Assembly: GCA_951406725.2 (NCBI GenBank)
Contig: OX597837.1
Coordinates: 992,001-1,056,000 of the forward strand
Direction: 5' to 3'
Length of the DNA: 64,000 bases
Source: Octopus vulgaris
Taxonomy: Eukaryota
Positions 1-14,383 of the stretch are shown piece after piece. Within the stretch, counting starts at the first letter, position 1. Each line of letters starts with the position of its first letter. The notes under the pieces were generated by a model. The model was not told where the DNA came from. It saw only the letters and a list, made by a program, of their open reading frames with translations, and did no database searches. Both the position numbers and the translations under genes were made by a program.

Positions 1-117
1 ATATTTATATTCACACGTATACCATGCATATAATATAGATTTACATTATTTGTACGCAAACTGTGATTAGACGAGGTGTGTACTCCCTGACAATAGCCTC
101 TTTATTTCACTTGTACT

Positions 118-200
118 GCATTGGTACTTTATTTTTATCGACCTCGGAACGATGACAGATGAAATAGAAATAGACCACGGTGCGATTTCAACTCAGTACG
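118..200 (-). mobile_element. Degenerate fragment of tRNA-derived SINE family B
   Basis: ggtactttatttttatcgacctcggaacgatga...atttcaactcagtacg aligns by eye with the better copies at 30164-30341 and 56425-56635. Confidence 0.6.
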
Positions 201-223
201 AAAATCTCTGTAAGTAAACAGAG

Positions 224-1010
<787 letters not shown>

Positions 1011-2047
1011 ACATTTTTTCGTTGAACTACTGAGTTTGCTAATCCATCACTCATCATTTGTACTAATAACACTTGACGGTCTGTCGGAGCGACGAGGACC
1101 GTCTAATCATCTTTAAGGATGACTGATGACATTTACAGAGACTTTATTTAAAGTGAAGAAGTGTTGCACAGCGTCAGCCTTGCTCCTCTCTCGTCCATGA
1201 TGACCTTCTTCAGTCAAGATGACTGGAGATCGAACCGGGTGCAGTGCTGACCAAGACGTTGTACCTCACTCATCTTGCTCTCTGCACTCCACAATGCGTT
1301 GACGCAGTCGCCTTCCTCTCTGTTGAACTATGAAGATTTCTTCCACAGAGTCTGCTGGTTTCAGTCTTTACATTGCATAGCCAGGTAAGTCTTAACTCAT
1401 AACTGGGACGCTGACAGAGGCTACTACTCCAGGTCAGAACAGATCTGGGAACAAGAATGTTACCACACTCTTTGAGTCCCCTAGAACTTCAGAACCAGGC
1501 ATTCAAACTACTGGATGCAATTTCAAGTCATGCCCAGAAGACAAACTAATCATAAAAACAATAACAACAACCACTCCGATTCTGTTAACCATATTGCAAA
1601 TACGATTTTGAGTGAAATGTATCAACTATTAAAACCTAAATAAAACAATATTTAGTATCATAGACACACGCATACAAGACACAAAAGGACAAAGCAACAA
1701 TCCATACACACAAATGAGTAATAGGCATTGTGTGATATTTGTTGCACATGAAAAAAAAGAGCCGGAATCTTTGATAAGAACTATAAGCAATGGCTGACCT
1801 TTCCACTTCCGGTGCAATGGCGGGTGTGAATGGTTTGGTTGGGTGGCGACCCATTTAGTAGTTGACAGCGATAATAATTAAAATCATGGAATGTCATTTC
1901 CTTTTGTTGAAGAGGTGCATGGTGGTGGTAGTGGTGGTGGGGGTTTGAGTGGTGATGATGAGGAAGGTGAGATGAATGGCAAAATTGGAAGGGAGAAAAA
2001 AGAAAAAAAGCGAAAGTTCAGCGAGATGTTTCCGTACGTTGTTGCAC

Positions 2048-2081
<34 letters not shown>

Positions 2082-3045
2082 ATTCACTGTGTTCGTGTGT
2101 GTGTCTGTATGTTCGTGTGTGTTCACTGTGTGTTGTCTTTGTGTTTGAGTGAATGTGTCTGAGAGAGAAAAGTAAATATATAAACACCAAATTGTGTATA
2201 AATGTTAATGCTTACCTGTGTGTGACTATTTTATCAACACTAACAGTGATTTTATTGCCGTTAAGATTTTGTGTGTGTATGAGTGTGTGTGTGTAAGAGA
2301 GAGAGTATACATATAGATATATATTTTTTATGCATATGTATGTTATATAGTGTATGTATAACACATTTGTCTATATGTCGAAGCGTCTTTATTGCCTTTA
2401 AAATCTGATGTGTGCTTGTGTGTATATGTCTATATATGATGCACGATATATACTGTATAGATGTAGAATTGTCTTTATTGTTTTGAAGAGTTGTTGTGGG
2501 TATGTATATGTAACATTTATACTGCAAGGATTTATTAATAAGGTGTGTGTGGGAGTGATTGCTTCTATACGTGTGTATATACCTCCATAAATACATCTAG
2601 CTGTTTCCTACACAGGCAACACAATATTACCACACACACCCACATGTATGACTTTATATCGTCCTCAGGTTCCCCACAGAGCCACATTATACAATTTCCT
2701 ATCAAACTAATCGAACTGAATGTAAATCGTATTCAGAGAAAATGTATTGTAATAAATAAATAAATAAGATGTAAACAAAATATATAGAACAGGATAGGAA
2801 AACCTATCAATAACATAATAAAAGAAGTGGTTTAGCTATCGATCTGTACCGCCCATCTCTTCTGTTTACATATTCAGAAGAAATATATCTGACCCAACGC
2901 TCACAGAAAGGTTAAGGAACCCACACAGAACGGATATTTTTCTCTCCACGTATGTAGTTAGGATTTCAATATATATCGTGTCTCTACTTATTTTGTAGTA
3001 CTCAATCTTTCAATAGATTTTGTGCTTCTAATTATATATATATAA

Positions 3046-3103
<58 letters not shown>

Positions 3104-3104
<1 letters not shown>

Positions 3105-3469
3105 GTGCAGGAATGGCTCTCTGGTAGGTAGCTTGCTTACCAACCTCATGGTTCCGGGTTCAGTCCCAGCTTGGAACCTTGAGCAAGTGTCTTCTACTGT
3201 AGCCTCGGGTCGACAAAAGCCTTGTGAGTGGATTTGTTAGACGGGAACTGAAAGAGGCCTGTCGTGTATATATATATAATATATATTTATGTGTGTGGTG
3301 TATGTTTGTGTGTCTGTGTTTGTCCCCCAACCAGCGCATGACAACGGTTCGGCAAAAGAGAACGATAGAATAAGTACTAGGCTTATAAAGAATAATTCCT
3401 GGGATCGATTTGTTCGATTAGAGGCGGCACCCCAGCATGGCTGCAGCCAAATGACTGAAACATTTAAAA

Positions 3470-3471
<2 letters not shown>
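3104..3471 (+). mobile_element. SINE family A copy
   Basis: Colinear with 224-1010, with a short internal TA/TG tract and (TA)n on both sides. Confidence 0.9.
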
Positions 3472-3541
<70 letters not shown>

Positions 3542-3724
3542 TCTTTCACTGTACAAGCTGTTCTACTAACCATTATATCTACGTATATGATCAATATTTG
3601 ACTGTTTCCAAACTTCAGGCTCATGAGACTGAAGTATTTCAGCTTTTACTGAGATGTTTAGTAAACTGGGAGAACGAGACTCTCCGATTCATCACAGCGT
3701 TAAACTCCATTTGTAGCCGAGTAG

Positions 3725-3828
3725 AAATGAAGTATCTTGCTCAAGGAAACAACATATTGACCTGGCCAGTCCGAGAATCGAGCCAACATTATAAGAATCG
3801 TAAACGTAACATCCTAACCAATGGGCGA
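3725..3828 (-). mobile_element. Degenerate tRNA-SINE head (family D-like)
   Basis: atgaagtatcttgctcaaggaaacaac...gaatcgagcc resembles 19370-19460 and 60260-60350. Confidence 0.55.
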
Positions 3829-4076
3829 ATTGAATTCGTTATGGCTTATATTAGTATTATACATCGTCTAGTCCAATTTTTCGATCCAAGACTGATTAAC
3901 CAAATAAGTGTGTACATAAATAAAATACCGCTTGTATATGTGTGTGTGTAGTAGTAGTTGTGGTGGTGGTGGTGGTGGTGGTAGTAGGGCACATGCTTAT
4001 TTTCCTTCTCCTAACTTAACCCCCGCACTGCATGAATTCCCATGTTCATTTTTAATAACCCACACATTCATATGTG

Positions 4077-4399
4077 GAGGCACATGGCCTAGTGGTCAAA
4101 GCAGCGGATTCGCGGTCGAGTGATCGCGGGTTCGAATCTCAGACCGAGCGATGTGTGTGTTTATGAGCGAAAGACCTAAGCTCTACGCAGCTCCGGCAGA
4201 AGGTAATGGGAAGCTTCTGCTGATTTTTTTTCTCTTTTTCCACAACTTTCTCTCACTCTTTCCTCCTCCTGCATCTAGCAGCTCACCTGCGACGGACCCG
4301 CGTCCCGTCCAGGCTGGGAACCCATACACCAATGAAACTAGGAAACCTGCCCTTATGAGCCAGGCATGGCTCGAGAAGGAACAAACAGCAACAACAACA
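4077..4399 (+). mobile_element. tRNA-derived SINE of a distinct family with intact Pol III boxes
   Basis: A-box tggcctagtgg (~4085-4095), B-box ggttcgaatct (~4129-4139) and a (CAA)n tail. Confidence 0.8.
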
Positions 4400-6140
4400 C
4401 ATACACGTACACTTGGCTAACACTATTTCAACGTTCTTTTTTTTGTATACACATAAGATTAAAAAACATACCTTAGCTCACACGCGTTCGTGTACACATC
4501 CACAATGTATACAGTCTCAAAGACGCACACACACAGAATGTGCTTATACTGTGCCATCTTAAAGCATGGCCACACCAACCCAGTTCTGAACTATGTGTAA
4601 TGTGGCTTTGTTTTCGCTCGGGGACCTATAATACTATTGAAACGGTTTTGCAAACTGTAGGAAATAGTCGTCTGCCATACGCCCAAATAAACTACATTAT
4701 ACACACGTGCTCACACACAAACACACATCCAGCTTCCTTGTGCAAGGATCACACGTAATCACGCACCCTACACTTACACATTTCGCGTGCACCCATTATG
4801 TGCAACGACGTACGGTTGTAACTGTATACACACCCCTAAGACAAACTACATCCACGGACAAAAAAGCTTACACGTTAACACTTTTACACACTCATGCATG
4901 AAACATATACACAGACACACACACACCAATAATCTTAGACACATATATACACATCTACATACACACACATGCAACATACGCACAAATGACATTTCATAAA
5001 CACTTGCCGCTCACGCACACATGCAATTATATTATCATCCTATACTTCACTACTCCAACACATCCATATACTATTTTAAACACACGCACACACACACATC
5101 CATCTACACATACACACACTTCACTGCCTACACTAATTATTACCTGTGCCACTATTTGCGCCACACGTGGACCCACTTTCAGCCACCCTTCTACCTTCTC
5201 GAACGTTCTGTCTAGTAGCTGCGTTCTTAACTTCCAAAGAACCTCTTTACGTCTCGCTTGACCTTATTTTCAAGATGCTCTCCCCCCCACCACACACACA
5301 CACGTGTTTTCTCCTAGATTATTCTTAATTTAAATTTGCGTTTCTGCTCACATTAAAAAAAATACTAATTTTCTGATATGTATGTATACTACACATGTAT
5401 ACACACACACACACACGAATTTCATTTCATCGGGAGTGTACACACACGCACCCAAGGCTACACAAACATATACACACTCCCTAAATATACTCATCCCCAC
5501 CGACCAACCTTATTATTTGACACGTACTAAGCAAACACACCCATACAATCTACGCACATACATGCACACTTAAACTAACACACATATACTCAACACACAT
5601 CCTTACAATTACATTTTCAACACACATTTCATATACATACACACACACACACGACGTTATCTGCACATGCGTACACAAAGCAGTTTCACACATATACATA
5701 CATGTCAAAACGCTTACATGTCAAAACGCACCAACGCTACCCCCCCACCACACGCACACTCACGCATACATGTACCTACGTACTAGAAAAGACAGGTTCA
5801 CTTACACAACCCTAACGTAACCACGCACACACTCCAACGCTGCTACACACGCACATACATATAAACACATGCACATACACAACCACCAACCCAACATACG
5901 CACGCACATACATGTACACCATGCCACATGTTACTTACACATAAAATACACACACAAACTCAGACCGCCACTTGTGTTCTACGTACATAAACTGTAGACA
6001 CGCACACACACACACACACACACACCAGCATTCTAGTCTTCCAGATAACACAATCAGCCACATGAAGCGTACACACTTTTTATATAACCGCCTGCACACA
6101 TACATATCAACAGCACAAATACACATACACTGGCTGCCAT
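4400..6140. repeat. ~1.7 kb degenerate CA-rich low-complexity tract
   Basis: Eroded (CA)n/(CATA)n, C- and A-rich and G-poor on the plus strand. Confidence 0.8.
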
Positions 6141-6773
6141 AAATATGTAGTCTCCACTCGCTAAATACATTTGGAATCCTCAGTTTTGAATAATTTCCTT
6201 TATTTCCTATTTTGCTCGGTGTTTCTTTGTTTCTGTCTCTCGTTTTCTCCCTCGAATCGATTCTCATTTCCTATTCCTTTAGATGACGGACAAACAATCG
6301 AAACGTTATAAACATTTTCTCTCTTTTCCGTTTACCAGCTGGACTAACACTTTCGTCATTGTATTGCTCTGTCTGCATTGTTTTGCATTGTTTTTGCCTG
6401 TTATTTCTTTTTTAATTTGCTTTCTATATTTCCTAATATCCGTAAAGTGCAAAATATTGAAGCTCTGCATGTTAATGTAATACTGTAGACGTTGCAGATG
6501 AAATTAGCTCTAGTTTCTCTATCAAGTGCTGGGTTGAAAATTCATTTTAGATGAATATGAAAGGGACAGAACTGTCGTTGTTGAGATTTTGAACCAAATG
6601 ATTTACTTAGGTTTGTCACAAATTTTGTAATATTTTTTAATCGGTTCTAGATGGTCCCCTGAGGGCCCATGGCTGAATTGAGGTTAAATTTGTTACAGGA
6701 TATGTCTACAAGTGCAGACATTTTATTAAATGTTTAAGTTCGAAATCAAGGCGACACCCACCACAAACACACA

Positions 6774-6824
<51 letters not shown>

Positions 6825-6930
6825 GCGCTATTTTATGCACAATACCGTATAAATGAGAACTGAAATAAATTAAAACTGAAGACCTCACTTAATGATCTGT
6901 GCTTTTGATTGGCGAAGGAAACCGAATACA

Positions 6931-6977
6931 TCTTCGCTGATGAACGATCAATAAACCATGAAACAGCCTCTCAGGAG
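6931..6977 (+). ncRNA. Degenerate hammerhead-like motif in a probable Penelope-like fragment
   Basis: CTGATGA-acgatcaataaaccat-GAAAC-agcctc-TC, ~110 bp downstream of (TA)n. The helices are only partly paired. Confidence 0.35.
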
Positions 6978-8367
6978 ACTGTCTCCCTCCCACAGTAGCT
7001 TAAGAAGAATGTGTTTACATTCTTATTTAACCCATGGGGAGCCGGCTGGATTTGTAATGTTACATATAATATACAATGCTGTTTTCTCATTTTTTTCTTT
7101 CAATAATTATTGAATTTGTTTTTCTCATTCCAGGTAAGTCACTGAATTCCTGATTCAAAACAAATTAAAATAATAAAATATGAAGGAAAATGAAGGAATA
7201 GAAGAAATGTATGGTAAATATATCTAAATATATAAACTTGTGAATATATTTGCTGCTTGCCATATAAATGTGTGTGTGTGTGTAAGAGAGAGGGAGAGAA
7301 CTTTTTTATGAATATTCCTAACTACCACTTTATTTATAGAAATTGTTTCCAGATAAACTTATTTTAACGTTCTTTTATGTCTCTGAATAGTTTTAATGAA
7401 TTTTCTGTGAATGGGTATCTTTAACGGTTGTCACTGATATTTGTTGTCCTAAATATATATCATTTCATATATTAGGTTATGTGTGTATACAATGATAGCT
7501 GCCAACTCACTGAATATTTATGACCATAATGTATAATTATAAAATAATATCTACTTGCAAAAGAAAAAAAAATTTAAATATAAAAAAAGTGGACCAGATT
7601 TTCTCTCGTCAAAAATAGAGAACACTATTTTGATCGTCGTTGTTTGAGTAACGGACAAACCCAAGCAACATGTCCGCCTTAACAACGCTTCGGGATTTAT
7701 TCGTTTATGTATGTTATCAGAGCAATGATCTTAATAATACATGTGGTGTGTGTGCTTCTCTGCTGGGGATCTTGTAGTACGTCATATATCCTTGGACGTT
7801 CGTATGTATGTGTGTCAGAGGGGAATGTATGTGTTTGTATCCAAAATGGGTAATTAACGAATGGTTCCGGCTTCAATCCAACAAACAGAACATATTAAGT
7901 TTCTATTATGGCCTGAAGTTAATCAATATCCTGAATATGACTGCATCCGGGAGTGGGGTTCTGGTCTAGAAGTTCCCGGGTTTGAGGATTCCGGAACCTC
8001 CTCTTAACCTCTAATTTTTTCCAGACCAACCATGACTCGATTACTAGCACCTGTTAGTGTGCCAGCTATGCATGAAGTAGTATGTCAGTGCTGGGATGTA
8101 GAAAATATTCGGGTTGGTGTCCGAGTGCACAATAAATTCACTGGGAGTGAGGGATCCCTGGTCTTTGTCAAAGCATCCCCCTAGGAGGAAGATAATTCGT
8201 GTATAAAAACTCGCTGCTCTACTGCACTTTGCTTGTCTCTGGTCTTCTTAGCTAGGGAGGGTCATTGGGGTATTGTGCAAACCGTACTCGACTTAGAACT
8301 TTTACACGGGCATTGCTGACACTATCTGTCAGCGATGGTCATGCAAATATAATGAGTAGACAGCCAT

Positions 8368-8398
<31 letters not shown>

Positions 8399-8885
8399 AC
8401 ACACATAGTGTAGTTGTGAGTTAAATAAGCTCAGTATAGAAAAATATAGCAGTGCTCGAATGAAATAGAAATTTAAGTTCAAATTCTTCATCAGGGGCAA
8501 AGCCCACGGCCTCAAGAATGGCTCTGAGAAATCCAAATCAGAATATGGAGGTAGGAAGGCAGACTAACACAAATTGGGCTTGATATGTATATACGCACGC
8601 ACGTACGCACACACTCAAACACACACACATACACACACACAATAATCCCTGTAACAACTTGCGGATGAAAATTCTTAGGCTTATTAATAAAACCGACGAA
8701 TTCCCATCCACGTATTATTGCTACTATATTTATTCTAAGCTGAAAGAAGCTCCACCATCCATCCCGTAAGATTACACTGGGCGATGACACTGATAAGTGG
8801 TATCCGACAACGAGACGCGTAAGAGCTTTTAAGAGCGCATTATGAGACATTCGCCTAAAACCAACAAAATAGATATAGATATATG

Positions 8886-9074
8886 TCGTTGCTTTTATGC
8901 AGAGGTGTCGTAAATCCAAAACGTTGGTTTTTCAGAAAACGGAAAAATAGTTTCACCATTCCATAGCAAAACTGTTGAACTACACTTTGAGAATTTGTGA
9001 TAGCTTCGCATCTGAAGCAGCTGAAGATATGATAGTTTGACCACAGGAACCGGCTATTACAAGCAAAAATAAAT
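8886..9074. repeat. Dispersed ~185 bp repeat, copy 1
   Basis: Colinear and gapless with 11025-11212; shared blocks include tttttcagaaaacg, caccattccatagcaaaac, gcatctgaagcagctg and gaaccggctatt. Confidence 0.85.
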
Positions 9075-9170
9075 ATTGAAAACAAAAACGCAATTGACCA
9101 AATTTGGACATACAACAGTTTAACATAATAGCAACGATATATATATGTATATATATATATATATATATAT

Positions 9171-9300
9171 AATTCCTTTCTGTTGAAGAGCATAGACTCG
9201 AAACATAAAAGACCTTTTCATTTTCTCGAGCGTCAAACTAATACACTTGCTTGTTGTTCCTACACCTATCTTTGTCTTTTGTTCTTCTATAAATTTCAAC
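9171..9300 (+). mobile_element. Short Penelope-like terminal fragment in (TA)n with a degenerate hammerhead (9176-9211)
   Basis: cttt-CTGTTGA-a-gag(cataga)ctc-GAAA-ca-TA-aaag. The downstream gagcg...ctaataca motif is shared with 17066-17240, and a related motif occurs in 29911-30123. Confidence 0.6.
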
Positions 9301-9319
9301 TATATATATATATATATAC

Positions 9320-9365
<46 letters not shown>

Positions 9366-9383
9366 TTGAGTACTTGATAATTA

Positions 9384-9650
9384 TAAGCACCTGTGTATAC
9401 CGTTTGGTGGTGTAGGTGGTGGAGTAAATTGATCAAAATAAAAATAAAAACATATATATATATATATATACATATATATACCATATATATATATACATAT
9501 ATATACCCATATATATATATATAATATATATATATATATATAATATATAAGCACCTGTGTATACCGTTTGTGTGTAGGTGGTGGAGTAAATTGATCAAAA
9601 TAAAAATAAAAACATGATCAAAATAAAAATAAAAACATGATCAAAATATA
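9384..9650. repeat. Local tandem duplication of a ~70 bp unit plus a nested 23 bp repeat
   Basis: taagcacctgtgtataccgtttg...aaattgatcaaaataaaaataaaaacat occurs at ~9384 and ~9548; gatcaaaataaaaataaaaacat repeats again at ~9616. Confidence 0.85.
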
Positions 9651-9653
9651 TAC

Positions 9654-9688
<35 letters not shown>

Positions 9689-10149
9689 CATATATATATA
9701 TATGTACATATATATACCCATATACATATATATGTACCCATGTATATATATACATATATATATATATTTATATACCCATATATATACGCACATATACACA
9801 CACATACATATATATATTTATATATATATATACGCACACATTTCTATATACGTTTATGTGTGCCAGAGTAGGAAAAACTCAAAACATAATATTAAGTATG
9901 TATTTGTTGTGTAGGAAAATAATCAGTCATTCTGTATGGTTACTCACTTTCTGACAAGAGCGCACACGCAATAGGAGGCATATGCTTTTGATACTCCGGA
10001 ATAAAATCTGTTGTTATTGATGTGTGTATGTCGCGAAGGCGTGTCTGCGTTTCGTAATAACATTAGTAGCCGCTATTAAATAAAGGACTCAAGACTTTAA
10101 AAATCGCCGAGAATAAATATTTATTTTTGAATTTAATGACAAATTAATT

Positions 10150-10458
10150 GCCTTTAATGATGAAGAGCTACAAATGGTAAAGTTGAAAAGAAGAAGAAAA
10201 AATCTTGTAAAATTTCATTAGGCACCATCAAAGAGAGAAAAACGAAATATTTTGGACACTTAATTAGAAAAAAATTGTTTACATAGGTTGGTTATTGGAG
10301 GTGAAATAAATCGAGAAAGAAGAGGAAATGAAGAATTACATGGATGGTTAGTAATGAGAATTGGAATGATTTAAAATAGTTTGAATGTCTAAAGAATAGC
10401 AGAAGAAAGATCAAGATGGCACTGGATCTTTGTAGTGACGATGGCACCTGATGATGAC
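10150..10458 (+). mobile_element. Degenerate 3' end of an RTE-clade LINE
   Basis: Manual translation gives GTIKERKTKYFGHLIRK and later RIAEERSRW, which match the RTE/BovB ORF C-terminal pattern (YFGH.R ... A.DR..W). It ends in a short (TGA)n. Confidence 0.7.
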
Positions 10459-10724
10459 AATTACGCACACATGAAATAGAGAGAGAGATGTAGCCTGTTG
10501 CTCAAACATGGAGAATATGGATCCTTTGGACGTTTCCGACAAAGTCCTTCATCACAACTGAGATGACAAGGAAAAACACACAATTCAACTTCACATGTTT
10601 TTATCACTTTACTCTTCTTGGCAATCTTTCTGTCTGCACATGCCAAAAATATATCAGTAAATTTGTGCCAATCTGTATATTTCTGTATCCAAAATGACTC
10701 CAGATTATTGCGCGCGCATACACA

Positions 10725-10758
<34 letters not shown>

Positions 10759-11024
10759 AGAAATAATGATAAACATGCATATATATTACAGTTCCTACGC
10801 GCGTTTTCCCATTATAATTGCTTGGAGCCCTGCAATCAGTGTTCCGACTGTAGTTAGATGCTCAACCAGAACGGAACATCGAAGAACACTTTATTACATT
10901 ACGTTACAGATAATTATAAAGAAAGTAGACTGGATTATGGTAATTCTACGTAAAGCTCTGAACATAACGACAATCCTTCATTAACTTATACACACAATTT
11001 CAACAACACACACACACACACATC

Positions 11025-11212
11025 TCGTTGCTATTATGCAAAAGGGTTTTAAGTTCAAAACTTCGCTTTTTCAGAAAACGAAAAAATAGTTCCACCATTC
11101 CATAGCAAAACCGTTGTACAGCAGCTGGCCAATTTTTGATATCATGGCATCTGAAGCAGCTGGAGATACGATAGTTTGGCCAAAAGAACCGGCTATTGCA
11201 AGCATAAATAAA
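11025..11212. repeat. Dispersed ~185 bp repeat, copy 2
   Basis: Diverged homologue of 8886-9074 in the same orientation. Confidence 0.85.
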
Positions 11213-11365
11213 CATATATATACATATATAGTTTTGCTTGTGGGTGAATGTAAATATAGGTGTATATTTATATGCATGTGTATAGGAGTTGGTACGTAAT
11301 GTATATGGTTGTAGTGCGCGCACACACATACACACACACACACACACGTCTACATGCTTTTCTTC

Positions 11366-11397
<32 letters not shown>

Positions 11398-12712
11398 AAT
11401 ATATATATATACACACACCCACACCCGTATATGTGAATACTGATTCAAGCGCAACTATTACAACTACACATATGTGCAGCCACAACCGCTACTACTATTA
11501 CTACTACACGTCTATCCACAGCAGCTACTACCAACTACCACTATTACTACTACAACCACGTGAAGTTTCTTCGGTGTGTTTGTCGTGGAAGGGTAGGAGT
11601 GAGGTAGACGTACCTTGTACGATGTGAAGGGGATGAGGGTGGCATGTGCGACGCGTAGCCTCCCCGGGACAAACGTCAACATCTGTCTGTACATTATAAC
11701 AAGATGGCGGTGGTGGAGGATGTAGTGTCCGGGATTTTGGTTGTGTTGGTGGTGGTGGTGGTGATGAATGTAGAGGTGGTAGAGTTGGTAGTGGGAGGTT
11801 TCTCGTTTTTACATTGATTTTTCCCCCTCGTTGTTTACTTCTATTCTTATTGATTTTTCTTCGCGTTCTTGGACACCATCATCATCATCATCACAATCAC
11901 CGTAATCATCATCATTATCGTCATCATCATAATCACTATTTATCCTTCTCTTCATCATAGCCACTACCGCCTCAACTACAACGGCAAACACTTCTTTGAC
12001 CACAACCATAGCTTAATCAGCAGCAGCTGCAGCTACCACCACTACCACCGCCGCCACCACCATCACCATAAAACCACTACCGTAACAATGACCATCTCTA
12101 GTGACCACCACTACAACGCCACTACCTCAACCACAGCCAGCACAATACCGCCATTAACAATCACCACAACACGGACCAACCACCACCACTACCACCACCA
12201 CCACCACCACGATACCATAGCCACCACTACCATTACAACCACTACCTTCCCAACATAGCCACCACCACTACAACAACCACCACTACACCAACATTCCTTC
12301 TAACACATGCTTACAGCTTTCTCGGTCGTTTTGTACAAACAAAAGACATCTTCATCTTCCTCTTCCTCCTCCTTCTCTTCTTCTGCGACCATTGTCAGAG
12401 TTGAGCCAATGTAATAAAGAATTGGTGTGTAATTTGTCCCCTGTCCATTCCTGTATTGTCTGCTGGTTATTGAATCAACGATTGAAGGAGGACGACGACG
12501 CCGACAGACTTTAGAGAAAAGGCCGGAGTCTTCCTTATTTATATCTATCTTCTAATGTCTTCTCACTTTTGCTCGCCTTCCTTCCCTTCTTTTTATTCTT
12601 TCTCTTCATCGCCTTTTTCTTTGCCTCCTCCTCCGCCTCCTCCATCTTATTTCTCGTGCTTTTCCCCCTTTTTTGCCACAGCTTACTTTTTCTACGACTA
12701 CAACGTCTGCTA

Positions 12713-12790
<78 letters not shown>

Positions 12791-13459
12791 GAAATGTGTG
12801 TATGCATATATATATATAAACCCACCACGTTCACATTTTTGTCTCGCTGTCACCTCTTGGTCATTATCGGGAGCATAGTGGCATCATCATCATCATCATC
12901 ATCGTCGTCGTTGTCGTCTTCACCACCACCGCCATCTTTATTCTCATCACCATCTTCATTATTTCTGCTCTTTACATTCCTACTTAATTAGCCCCCAAAC
13001 ACTTGCTGCCAGACATTACTAAAATGATGACCACCACCATCGATACAAATCTCAAACAGAAAGTAAAGAGCAGAAATGGATTGTTTTATGAGTCTTGTAA
13101 TGTCTTCCTTACGTTGCATAATGTTACGATATATCGAGTATTCCACATTCCTCCACCCCACCCACCGCCTACTGTTAGCTCCTTCATCACAGACCCTACA
13201 ACTGTCCCCTACTACATCAATACATACACAAGAACACTCCCCTTTGTAATTGTGTTAGGGAACCTTACATGTTGGAAGGTTTGCAGTTGCAAACAACGTT
13301 AACATAGGACTTCGCAAAGACGAAATTGCCAAGAAAACGTGCAGCGAGTAATCGATTGATCTTGTTAATGATGATGATGATGATGTAGTTGTTTTCGGTG
13401 TATTTTTTATCCTCCTTACTGTTATTTGTGTTGTTTTACAGCTAACTTCATTAAAATTA

Positions 13460-13599
<140 letters not shown>

Positions 13600-14113
13600 C
13601 ACACGCACACATTATGTGTGTGTATGTCTAGTCACTTGTTTGTGTATACATATGTCATATACAACCCTGAATATATGGTTCATTTATTCGAGTCACTGAT
13701 ATAGCTTTACAGCTGTAATTTAGCATTGTGTGTATGTGTCTGTATGTATGTTTAAATATAATTACATATATGCCTGTTAGTGTGTGTCTGTGTGCATATA
13801 TATATATCTATATATATATATATATATATAATTGCACATAAACTTCTGTTCATACAACGCATATATGTATGCATATGAGATTATTTGCAATTAATTAAAC
13901 AGAAGTACTCGATTCTTTAATGTAGAGGAAAATGAGATTATTCAAAGTTGTGTGTGTGTGAGTCTTCCCAGGGTTCGCGGTTCCGCGTTTTCGGGCTCTT
14001 GATAAAATCCTGTTTTATTTTCTATTTATACTGGGAATATTCAATCTATCGGCCGAGCAACAACAGCAAGGCAGCCTATCAGTAAAACATCACTGTTGAA
14101 ATGATACAGTATA

Positions 14114-14383
14114 CAGTGGAACCTCGATTTACGAACGTCTCTCTCCACGAACAAATCCGATATACGAACAATTTTTTCGATCATTAAAAGTCTGGCAGCA
14201 ACAGTCAGCGACAACCTGGAGAGTGCTAGATGCAGTCTAGCTTTCGCTCAGTGCACATCCTTGCTCGAATTCGCCGTGCCTTCCCTTAAATTTCCTATGG
14301 GGAAAATAGTTTCGGTTAACGAACAATTCGGGTGAGGAACGGCCTTCAGGAACAAATTAAATTCTTAAATCGAGGTTCTATTC
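14114..14383. mobile_element. MITE, Tc1/mariner pogo/Tigger-like
   Basis: Left end TA|cagtggaacctcgatttacgaa pairs as an imperfect TIR with right end ttcttaaatcgaggttctattc. There are internal repeated cgaaca motifs. Confidence 0.75.

Noticed and set aside
1095-1545. Probable old RTE-associated or SINE fragments (a related motif is near 8020-8060)
   Set aside because: Too degenerate to assign boundaries or family from the sequence alone.
4077-4150. tRNA-like sequences (also 22682-22750)
   Set aside because: They have A and B boxes but no complete cloverleaf and continue into SINE bodies, so they are SINE heads.
9384-9650. CRISPR-like repeat-spacer pattern
   Set aside because: Eukaryotic context, only two units, and the spacer is microsatellite; it is a simple slippage duplication.
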